Shown: positions 15,375 through 23,682 of the stretch, piece after piece
Layout of the letters: each line of letters opens with the position of its first letter
Numbering within the stretch: position 1 is the stretch's first letter
From: a virus
Virus record (IMG/VR): IMGVR_UViG_3300025646_005482
Coordinates: 64,001 to 128,000 of that record
Direction: 5' to 3' (one strand)
Length of the DNA stretch: 64,000 bases
Made by a program: the position numbers and the translations under genes
Notes under the pieces: generated by a model
What the model was told of the DNA's origin: nothing
Databases searched by the model: none
Seen by the model: the letters and a program-made list of their open reading frames with translations, nothing else

Positions 15375-17793
15375 ATGTCTGCATTTTGATCCTGACAAAT
15401 GGATCGATTGACATATAGTTAGGTCGAGCACCATCTAAACCTGATTTAGCTTGTGTACCCGCTGGAATAGGTGTTTCTTTCATTGCTTGACCTTGCCTTA
15501 TGATAGGCATAAGAGTAGCTTTGATAGCTTGATCTACAGTTTCATCAACTACTGAATCGATATTTTCTTGTAAACCTGCTAATTTTTCATTAATTGGTTT
15601 TTCTACATTTTCGGCAACTATATTAGCTACATCTTGTTGTATAGCGCCGGGTACTTGTTCTAAAATTTCACTGATAGGTACTACTTCACCCACATCAGGT
15701 AATTGTAAAGTTTCTTGTGCGGCTTCTTTCAAATCACGAATACTTATACCGCCAGGTATTGCATCTTCCATTCTTATGGAATTTTCTTTCATGCGTTTAA
15801 GTGCTTCTGAGCCAGAAATTTTACCTTCTCGTAAGTCTTTGTATATTTGAGCACTTTCGCGAGTATAAAACTTAGTGTCTTCGTAGCTGGTTGATTCTGC
15901 GTCTTCTCCTGTAATACCATCAGTTGAAGTTGGTGTTTCAGCAATTTCAGCAGTAATACCATCTGTAGCTGGTTGTTCCATGACATCTTCACCAGTAATA
16001 CCATCTGTATTTGTTGGAACCTCTACTATCGGATCTTCTTCTACCGGCTCTTCAGCTAGTTTTTTAGCTACAGTGTTTTCAGTAATAGTATCCATAATAT
16101 TATTTAATCCTTCCATACCTACTGCACTAAATACTGCTTCACTTAATGGTGTTCCATGTGTTTCTTGGTATCTTTCTCCTAGATCCAGCCACTCGTCGTA
16201 TATCATATCTTTGAAAGCAGCTTTAATATCTGATTCTGATTCTGCAACGTCAAACATTCCTTCGCCCAATATATCAGCGAACTTATCTACATCAGCCATA
16301 CCGCTATATTTTTCTTCCATTTCTTCATCAGATGTGGCTTCTACATCTTCTAAATCAACATCGCCACCACCAAACATCATCTCGCCCAATTTTTCATCAA
16401 TTTCGGTATTGTCTGCAATTAGCTTTCCTGCCATATATCCGACACCAGCTGCGGCAGTAACACCTGCAGCAACTGCTAAAACTGGTGCGGCAGCAACTAA
16501 TAATGCTGGAGCAGCAACACCCATTGCAGTCGCGGCCGCTACACCGCCTGATGCTGCTAATCCTGCAACACCAGTAATAGTAGAAGCTGTCAATAGAGCG
16601 CCTGACACACCTTCTTCAGACGCAGCAATAGCTTGATCTAATAGACCCACTTCTTCTTCAGCTACAGGTTCTTCTTCAGATCCGTCGTCTACACCATCGT
16701 CATCAGGAGGATCGAGACCCAACTCTCGCATTTGATCATCGGTAAGATATTCACCTTCTTGTGCATCTTCTAAAGATGAAGCATATTGCTTATCGTCTGT
16801 TGGATCTGCTGCGCCTTCTTCTTCTTGTATTTCTGGTTCTTCTTCATCATCTGTAAGCCACGCACCTACATCATCTGCAAATAATGCTATAGCGCCCATC
16901 GTAGCGACGTTCATTGCTCTCGTAAGGAAACCTGCTGTTTTAGCAGTGACATAACCAGCGGCTAAACCAGCTCCTAACATCACAGCACCAGTAATAGGAC
17001 CTCTTTTCTTTTCTTGGTCATTTTCGTCGCGACGTCTTTCATTAGCTCTGTTAGTAGCTAAATTTAAACCAATAGCATCTTTCAGAGCCTTTTTAATTAG
17101 ATTTAAATTAGCATTTGTAATTACTAATTGTTTATTGAGTTCGTCAGTTTGACCTCTCAAAGCATCAGTAATTTTAAACAGTTGACCAATTTCAGCTATT
17201 CGTGATGGTATAATAGTACCCGATTGAATAAATGGGTATCCGCCTTCTTCATCAAGCTCAATGTCTTCAACTGCTGTAACTTTAATTAGAGACGATGCTC
17301 TCTCTTCTTCAGGCAATTCAATTCTTGGTATTGAAACTGCAAGAGCCTGTGGCATCCATGATAGATCAATAGTTTTATCTAATATTTCGGCAGGTGTTTT
17401 CTGAGGTGGTTCGGCAGTTCCAGGCGCACCGACTGGTGTGTTTGGTGGGTCTTCACTACCACCTAACATAGAACCAATTAAGCCGCCGACACCACCTGTT
17501 CCAAGCATTCCTTTTAGTTTGCCTTTAAAACCTGTGGTACCGCTTTTGACTTTTGCGTTTTTCTTTATTCGTTTTGCTTCACGCTGTTGTCTCAGCTGTT
17601 TGGCCTGATTTTTTCGAGCTTTAATTTCTTTTGGTGATCTTTGAGCAGGCGGTTTTCCTTTTGAACTTTTTACTAGTTCTTTTTGTTTTTTAGCTTTTTT
17701 CTTTGCAACAGTTTTTGCGCCCTTCTTGGCACCGAGCGTCACAAGACTTTTTGCCGCTTTTAGTATTCCGCCTACGACTGCTCCTGCACCCAT
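15373..17793 (-). CDS. Tape-measure/baseplate hub protein candidate (gp29-like)
   Basis: 806 aa, low complexity, Lys-rich N-terminus, Ala/Gly hydrophobic segments, acidic body; directly downstream of gp26/gp51. Confidence 0.6.
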   Translation of the reverse strand: MGAGAVVGGILKAAKSLVTLGAKKGAKTVAKKKAKKQKELVKSSKGKPPAQRSPKEIKARKNQAKQLRQQREAKRIKKNAKVKSGTTGFKGKLKGMLGTGGVGGLIGSMLGGSEDPPNTPVGAPGTAEPPQKTPAEILDKTIDLSWMPQALAVSIPRIELPEEERASSLIKVTAVEDIELDEEGGYPFIQSGTIIPSRIAEIGQLFKITDALRGQTDELNKQLVITNANLNLIKKALKDAIGLNLATNRANERRRDENDQEKKRGPITGAVMLGAGLAAGYVTAKTAGFLTRAMNVATMGAIALFADDVGAWLTDDEEEPEIQEEEGAADPTDDKQYASSLEDAQEGEYLTDDQMRELGLDPPDDDGVDDGSEEEPVAEEEVGLLDQAIAASEEGVSGALLTASTITGVAGLAASGGVAAATAMGVAAPALLVAAAPVLAVAAGVTAAAGVGYMAGKLIADNTEIDEKLGEMMFGGGDVDLEDVEATSDEEMEEKYSGMADVDKFADILGEGMFDVAESESDIKAAFKDMIYDEWLDLGERYQETHGTPLSEAVFSAVGMEGLNNIMDTITENTVAKKLAEEPVEEDPIVEVPTNTDGITGEDVMEQPATDGITAEIAETPTSTDGITGEDAESTSYEDTKFYTRESAQIYKDLREGKISGSEALKRMKENSIRMEDAIPGGISIRDLKEAAQETLQLPDVGEVVPISEILEQVPGAIQQDVANIVAENVEKPINEKLAGLQENIDSVVDETVDQAIKATLMPIIRQGQAMKETPIPAGTQAKSGLDGARPNYMSIDPFVRIKMQT

Positions 17794-17990
17794 TATAGAT
17801 CGCCTATCTCTACTTGATTTTTATTCTTTTTCTTTTCTATCTTTTCTTTAATCAAATCTACCCATACCTCTCTTTCGAAAGGTATCATATTCTCTATTTC
17901 AGGTATCGTAATCGGGTGGAACTGAGTCAAATTAAACGTGAGTTTGTAGTGAGAGTATAAATCGAGATAACTCAGCCCAATATAAAAAAA
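17793..17990 (-). CDS. 51: Baseplate hub assembly catalyst gp51-like reading frame (no own 5' ATG; probably reached by -1 frameshift from gp26)
   Basis: Hand translation LSYLDLYSHYKLTFNLTQFHPITIPEIENMIPFEREVWVDLIKEKIEK...DL*; ENMxPFER motif. Confidence 0.8.
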   Translation of the reverse strand, partial: FFYIGLSYLDLYSHYKLTFNLTQFHPITIPEIENMIPFEREVWVDLIKEKIEKKKNKNQVEIGDL

Positions 17991-18685
17991 TCGTTAAGAT
18001 TCCTGAATACTACCTTCTTATTTTTATTATTGCTATTTGTATAGTTAACAACATGTTCAATCTTGGGCATATTATCAAAGAATTTGCCGATTGTCTTATA
18101 ATGTTCAACTGGTAGCATTTCTAAAAATGTATCTTGTTCTACTTTTGATTCTTGATCCCAAGCATAAACATCATCTTCATCAAATACAGCATCGATACAT
18201 GCTTTTATCAGTTCGTACGTAATTTCAGTAATGTCTTCCAAATTTTTAATTTTTTCTGAGACAGCAGGAGTTGGATACTTCATCATCAATCCAATTCCTC
18301 CATCTAATTCAATCTTGTTATTATGATTCTCGTCGGGCATCTTCATCTCTACATCATTTAAATCAAGAGATAGTTTATATTCAATTCCATCGTCACTATC
18401 AACTACCTTAAAATTAATAATATTACCCACAGACACAGATCTAATCTTAATGAACAACCATTCGAGATCAAATGTTGCGCATTTGTCGATGTCAAATGCA
18501 TCCATCACAATACAATTATTAATCACTGTTCTAATTGCATTGTATACTTCGTTTACTTCTCCCGTTTCTTTTGCTAACAATAAGATTTTTTCTTCTTTAA
18601 CAAGGAAAGGTCTATAATAAATTGGTTTGCCAGTTGACGGCAGAGTAGTCTGAAAAGTGGGACTACTGATTTTTGGTAAAGCCAT
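17972..18685 (-). CDS. 26: Baseplate hub subunit gp26
   Basis: MALPKI..LPSTGK..YRPFLVKEEKILL..FDLEWLFIKIRSVSVG..MKYP..DFF. Confidence 0.93.
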   Translation of the reverse strand: MALPKISSPTFQTTLPSTGKPIYYRPFLVKEEKILLLAKETGEVNEVYNAIRTVINNCIVMDAFDIDKCATFDLEWLFIKIRSVSVGNIINFKVVDSDDGIEYKLSLDLNDVEMKMPDENHNNKIELDGGIGLMMKYPTPAVSEKIKNLEDITEITYELIKACIDAVFDEDDVYAWDQESKVEQDTFLEMLPVEHYKTIGKFFDNMPKIEHVVNYTNSNNKNKKVVFRNLNDFFILG

Positions 18686-18697
18686 TATGAAACTCCA

Positions 18698-19219
18698 TTA
18701 CGATACTGTAAATCGTGTAAACCTATAATTAACTGAAAATTTAGCTATCTCATCGTGTTGACCCCATCCTAATTGTATTGGTTCTACAACAATAGGAAAG
18801 GCTTCGATGAATTTTATTGTTTTGACTTTGGTTTTGTTATGTCTTTTATAAACATTTAAATCCATGTCGACAACATAATCAAAGAGAAACTTAGCTGAGA
18901 ATGCATCTGCGCCATCTAAGTCAACAATTTTATTTGCCCAATTTCTATATGTCTGATATATCTCAGCTTCTTCATCAACCGTATGCATCATACTCACTTC
19001 TTGAGGATTATACTTATACGGGATATTATAGATTAATCCATTTCCATACGGAGAAAAATTATCTACAGAAGAAAATGCGATACCAGGCATCGACGCAGTT
19101 TCTGTTCTAATTAAAATTTGATCGCCATTACCACCTGGAGGTGTAACGACCAATTCGTACATGCTCGCTGGCAAACTATCTTTTGTTTGTGATTTCCATG
19201 CGTCAATTGATAATGACAT
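18698..19219 (-). CDS. Tail tube-like/tube initiator protein (gp54/gp19 fold)
   Basis: ASMPG, YRNWANKI, EAFPIVVEPIQLGW, FSVNYRF pattern; position between gp2 and gp26. Confidence 0.75.
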   Translation of the reverse strand: MSLSIDAWKSQTKDSLPASMYELVVTPPGGNGDQILIRTETASMPGIAFSSVDNFSPYGNGLIYNIPYKYNPQEVSMMHTVDEEAEIYQTYRNWANKIVDLDGADAFSAKFLFDYVVDMDLNVYKRHNKTKVKTIKFIEAFPIVVEPIQLGWGQHDEIAKFSVNYRFTRFTVS

Positions 19220-19220
19220 T

Positions 19221-19823
19221 TTACGATCTCTGAATTAGTTGTTTAGAATCTTTCCAGACAACTGCTTGTTGTCTCTTTCTAAATCTCTGTGTTGGTAACA
19301 TGAGTGCGATGTCCCAATCATCGTATGGTATCCACAGATATCGTGATCTTACTTGATTAAATAAGTATCGTTTTACGGTGGGCCTAAAGTATTTATATTT
19401 GGCGGCAGAGTTCAAAAATCCATAGCTCAATCTTAATTTCTTTGATTCTCTCAGATTGTCTTGTCTTTGTATAGTATACAATCTATCCATCAGTCTAGCA
19501 CGAAATAGAGGAGGTAGATAGTGCAGATTCATTCCTAAAAATCCATCTTTATATCTCTCAAGAACAAATATTAATGGAAACATATCATAGTACGGTAAAG
19601 TTTCTTTATGTTTAGGATCATACATAAACATATACATACGGCCGACATCGAGATTCACTAATTTATTATATGTTCTGGCTCTATTCTTTAGCTCTCGTCT
19701 CGTATTCACGGCTTTGATAGAGGAAGCCTTATCACGATACCAATCACGTGCTTCTTCTGTGCCAGCCTCTACACCTTCTGCTCTACCTTCATCAGCTATC
19801 TTTTGAAAGATATATGTTGCCAT
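19221..19823 (-). CDS. 2: DNA end protector gp2
   Basis: GRMYMFMYDPKHKETLPYYDMFPL, GFLGMNLHYLPP motifs. Confidence 0.95.
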   Translation of the reverse strand: MATYIFQKIADEGRAEGVEAGTEEARDWYRDKASSIKAVNTRRELKNRARTYNKLVNLDVGRMYMFMYDPKHKETLPYYDMFPLIFVLERYKDGFLGMNLHYLPPLFRARLMDRLYTIQRQDNLRESKKLRLSYGFLNSAAKYKYFRPTVKRYLFNQVRSRYLWIPYDDWDIALMLPTQRFRKRQQAVVWKDSKQLIQRS

Positions 19824-20269
19824 TAGAATTTTAATCCTAGTTCGTTTTCTGTGAGGATGACAAAATCCCAACCTCGTTCTTTACAATATTTATTTGCTGC
19901 AGTCCATTTCGAAGAATTTATACCCCACGTCTTCACTTCATATAAATACTTCTTAGTAAGTTTATTTTGCGCAGTTGGCTCTACGGTTTCTTTGTGAGGT
20001 TTGATCTCAACTACCACCGTATCAGTTTTACCGTCGCGATTGATCTTCTTGACCCAAAAATCTGGAAAGTATCGATGTACTCGTCCGTCTATCGGTGACC
20101 TATATGGAATGATTAGCTCTTCACTTGCCCATTCTAAAACACCTTTTTCGGAATCGAGATAACGCATAAAGAATAGCTCCCATCTACTTCTATAAATAAT
20201 GTTGGTGGGATCACCTCGATACTTACTCGGATTTTTAGGTTTAAAGACACCTTTATAAGTCTTAGCCAT
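19823..20269 (-). CDS. 4: Head completion nuclease gp4
   Basis: KPKNPSKYRGDPTNIIYRSRWE, WASEE, HRYFPDF, EIKP motifs. Confidence 0.95.
   Translation of the reverse strand: MAKTYKGVFKPKNPSKYRGDPTNIIYRSRWELFFMRYLDSEKGVLEWASEELIIPYRSPIDGRVHRYFPDFWVKKINRDGKTDTVVVEIKPHKETVEPTAQNKLTKKYLYEVKTWGINSSKWTAANKYCKERGWDFVILTENELGLKF
20191..20198 (+). promoter_or_regulatory. Late promoter TATAAATA inside gene 4, driving the baseplate operon
   Basis: Exact consensus about 95 nt upstream of the gp48 ATG. Confidence 0.65.
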
Positions 20270-20274
20270 TAAAC

Positions 20275-20282
20275 TATTTATA
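20275..20282 (-). promoter_or_regulatory. Late promoter TATAAATA for gene 4 operon
   Basis: Reverse complement TATAAATA-gttta-ATG. Confidence 0.75.
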
Positions 20283-20291
20283 GGATTTCTC

Positions 20292-21527
20292 ATGGCAGAA
20301 AAAACAGCAGTCGACGGAGTAGGACCGGTCGCATCACAATTAAAGGAAACTTTTAGTTCTCTTGAGCGTGCTCAGCTGAGCGCTATCAAAAATATGGGAG
20401 GAGGAGCAGTTAATCCTCGTCCTGGTACTGGAGGATCTGATGTTAGTGGTATTGTGACACGAATTAATCCTACACAAAAATCTGCAATGGAAATAGGAGC
20501 AAACTTAGCTGCAAAACTAGAAAGATCAGGTGCTGTTTTGCGCGCAGCTTCGGGTGAAATAAGCGCACAAATAAATTCGACAGTACAAGATAAATTACCA
20601 TTAGCACGAAGATATCCTAAACAAATCCCAGATCTTTCTAATGTCAAAAACAGAGTACCAGATCCTTACGGTACTAGTGTCGAAGAAAGAATTAAAACAC
20701 AAAAAGAAAGTATTTTAGGTGAAGAAGATTTCCAGTACGAAGGTTTAGCTTATCCTCCAGATCTTGGTGAAAATACAGCTAAAGCTTGGATTGAATTGGA
20801 ATTTATGACATATACTCGTGGATCGCCATTCGGTAAAGGACAGATTAACGGTGGTACAGTTATCAAGCTTCCTCTGCCTGAAAATTTAAATGTTTATCAC
20901 TCTATTAGATACGAAGAAAGAGATACTGGTACACTTGGTGCACTTGCTCAAAAAGATTCTGCTAGAATTGTAGCGTCTAATGCAACAGCTGAAGCAAATA
21001 AAAAATTCGAAGATATGCAAATGAAAAATTTGATTTCAGGATTAAGTGGCAGCGATTTGCTCAAAGATGCAGCAGAAGTGGCTGGTTATGCTGCGTATTC
21101 TAAACTTGTTGAATCAGAGCCAGTACTAGGTGGTTTAGCAGGTCAAATATCAGGTGTAATTCCAAATCCACACCCAACAGTATTTTTTAAGGGTGTTGAT
21201 CTAAGACAGTTTGAATGGACTTGGCACTTTGTTCCTCGTTCTGCAGCTGAAGCTGCGAGATTAAAACAAATTATAGTAATGATCAAATCAAAGATACTAC
21301 CTAAAAATGGTGGTAACTTTATGGATTACCCAGATTTGATTCAGCCGAGAGTAATTCCAGAAGATCAAGCGTGGGGTAAATTTAGAAGATGTGCTGTTAA
21401 AAACTTTAGTATTAACTTTACTGGCGAAGGTACATCAGCCTTTTTCGTCAATGGTGCACCTGTTTCAGTCAGATGTCAAATGTCTTTCCAAGAAATTGAA
21501 GCATTTATAAATCAATCTGAGGGATAA
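20292..21527 (+). CDS. 48: Baseplate tail-tube cap gp48
   Basis: YPPDL, IKLPLP, PNPHPTVFFKGVDLRQFEW..PRSAAEA, SFQEIE. Confidence 0.88.
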   Translation: MAEKTAVDGVGPVASQLKETFSSLERAQLSAIKNMGGGAVNPRPGTGGSDVSGIVTRINPTQKSAMEIGANLAAKLERSGAVLRAASGEISAQINSTVQDKLPLARRYPKQIPDLSNVKNRVPDPYGTSVEERIKTQKESILGEEDFQYEGLAYPPDLGENTAKAWIELEFMTYTRGSPFGKGQINGGTVIKLPLPENLNVYHSIRYEERDTGTLGALAQKDSARIVASNATAEANKKFEDMQMKNLISGLSGSDLLKDAAEVAGYAAYSKLVESEPVLGGLAGQISGVIPNPHPTVFFKGVDLRQFEWTWHFVPRSAAEAARLKQIIVMIKSKILPKNGGNFMDYPDLIQPRVIPEDQAWGKFRRCAVKNFSINFTGEGTSAFFVNGAPVSVRCQMSFQEIEAFINQSEG

Positions 21528-21529
21528 TA

Positions 21530-22396
21530 ATGTCAGATAGAACACAATACTTTAAAAAATTCCCGCTGACCATCTATAACGATGTACCCGCTATTAATAT
21601 CTTACGACGTGTAGATTTTAATACTAAAGTGAGGGATTTCTTTACAGCTTTTTATAGTTTTACAGTTAAATCAGGCGAAAGACTAGAAACTGTTGCTTTC
21701 GATTATTATGATGATCAAGATTTGGATTGGTTAATCTATCATACAAACGATATCATGGATCCGTATCATGATGTAGTACTCGATTTTGAAGATTTCGAAG
21801 AGACAATAAAGAAAAAATATGGCAGTATACGTCTAGCTAAATTAAAGACTTTTTGTTATCGCAACAATTATAGAGGCGATATACAAATGTTAACTAGCGA
21901 CGGGTACTCAGCTCTTGATGGAGACGTAAAGAAATATTGGAAACCACAATTTGCTCTCGGCCAGATATCAGGTTATGATAGAAACGAAGATGATATGTTT
22001 GCTTCTACTAATCGTATCATATCTTTTTCGTTTTCAGCTACAGTAGAAAATACTTTTACTAAGAATGAAATAGTAACTAATAACAAAGGCGGTATGGCGC
22101 AGGTTGCGACTAGCAATACTTCTTATGTTACGTTGCAACACATCGAAGGAGATTGGGCAAGTTACACGACAAATTTTGATGTGACTGGTGATGAATCAGG
22201 ACGAGTCATTAATTTCGATCATGCGACTTATAAACTTATTCAACATGTAATACCAGAAGCCGAAGCAATTTATTTTGAAAAATATAGTTTCTATGATTAT
22301 GAAACAGAAAAGAACGATGCATTACGTAATATTTCTCTGATAGATAAAGCCTACGCAGAAGAAATTAATCTACAACTCGATGGTTTAATGAAGTAA
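21530..22396 (+). CDS. 53: Baseplate wedge gp53 (LysM-like)
   Basis: YFKKFP, GERLETVAFDYY..WLIYHTNDIMDP, YDYETEKNDALRNI. Confidence 0.9.
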   Translation: MSDRTQYFKKFPLTIYNDVPAINILRRVDFNTKVRDFFTAFYSFTVKSGERLETVAFDYYDDQDLDWLIYHTNDIMDPYHDVVLDFEDFEETIKKKYGSIRLAKLKTFCYRNNYRGDIQMLTSDGYSALDGDVKKYWKPQFALGQISGYDRNEDDMFASTNRIISFSFSATVENTFTKNEIVTNNKGGMAQVATSNTSYVTLQHIEGDWASYTTNFDVTGDESGRVINFDHATYKLIQHVIPEAEAIYFEKYSFYDYETEKNDALRNISLIDKAYAEEINLQLDGLMK

Positions 22397-23671
22397 ATGA
22401 AAGCTAAAGACGCTGGTGAGGTAATCATATCGGGTGAAAAGATATCGCTGAAAAAGTTTTCAGGCGGTGGAAATCTGAATATACACAACCTTGTCCAAAG
22501 AATGGAATTGGTTGAATCACTCGATACACATACTATTACTGCTGATTTTTATATCGCTGAAGGTATTGATTTACCTAATGAATATCCCATGGGTGGTGAA
22601 GAATTAGTAGAATTAGGAATACAAACTCCTGGAAAAGGAGTGTGTAATTATAAGTTCTTTATTGAAAGTATCAAAGCAATGACTACGAACGATGAATCTA
22701 ATATGCGTTCTTATTTGTTGCGTTGTACTACAAAAGATTTTCTAAAAAATAGTTGTACAGTATACACAAAGAGATATAAAGATAAACCATATGATGCGGC
22801 TTTACGTGAAGTCATTAATACGGATCTTGGTGCACAAGAACCATTAATGACAGTAGAGGCTACGAAAGGTAAGTTTGATTATGTTGTCAATCAAAAACGA
22901 CCTTTTCAGGTAGTAGATTTGATAAAAGAAAGAGCCGTCTCAGCCGAAGGAAATAAGTCTTCTATTTTTACATTCTATCAAGATGCTGATGGATACCACT
23001 TTACAACTATTGAGAAATTAATTACAGAACGAAAAGGTGGTGCAGAAAGTAAAACTTTTGTAGCTGACACATCTAATAAAATAGCCAATTATGAAGAAGT
23101 TATTAACGTTAGAAATATTCTAGCATACGAAACAGTTACGCAAGGATCATCAGTAGATAAAGTATTAGACGGTGCACAATATACGCAGATACGAGAATTT
23201 GATTTACATCGTGGTTCTTATTATGATATGCAAGAGTATATAAATCCAGCTCACCATGGCGCATTTAAAAAGACAGACGCGTCTAACGATTTTCATAGTG
23301 GTGATTATAATGGTTTTACTACAAAATTGCCTGGTGTAACTCGTATGGCATTTAAAGATGATACACGGCCCGAAATGGAACACAATAAAAACATTCATTG
23401 GGCCCGTGGTTTTATACCGAGGATGAATCAATACGGTGTAAGATTTAGAACGTATGGTGATACTGATATGAGAGTGGGAGATATTATAAAATTAAAGCTG
23501 CCTATTATATCAGGTACCACTGGATCTCGACCACAGAATAAAATATTTTCACAGAATTATATTGTGACTAATTTAAAACATGTTTTGCAAAAAACAGATC
23601 AAGGTAGATTCGAACACTTTTTGGTAATGGAAGTGGCCAAGCCAAATCAATATGGCAGACCGCTTGGATAA
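22397..23671 (+). CDS. Baseplate hub protein (gp27-like)
   Basis: Between gp53 and gp5; GEELVEL, PFQVVDLI, FYQDADGYHFTTI, GDTDMRVGDII pattern. Confidence 0.7.
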   Translation: MKAKDAGEVIISGEKISLKKFSGGGNLNIHNLVQRMELVESLDTHTITADFYIAEGIDLPNEYPMGGEELVELGIQTPGKGVCNYKFFIESIKAMTTNDESNMRSYLLRCTTKDFLKNSCTVYTKRYKDKPYDAALREVINTDLGAQEPLMTVEATKGKFDYVVNQKRPFQVVDLIKERAVSAEGNKSSIFTFYQDADGYHFTTIEKLITERKGGAESKTFVADTSNKIANYEEVINVRNILAYETVTQGSSVDKVLDGAQYTQIREFDLHRGSYYDMQEYINPAHHGAFKKTDASNDFHSGDYNGFTTKLPGVTRMAFKDDTRPEMEHNKNIHWARGFIPRMNQYGVRFRTYGDTDMRVGDIIKLKLPIISGTTGSRPQNKIFSQNYIVTNLKHVLQKTDQGRFEHFLVMEVAKPNQYGRPLG

Positions 23672-23682
23672 TGGAGAAATAA

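Noticed and set aside
15980-16636. 218-aa plus-strand Ser-rich ORF
   Set aside because: Antisense shadow of the acidic 806-aa gene.
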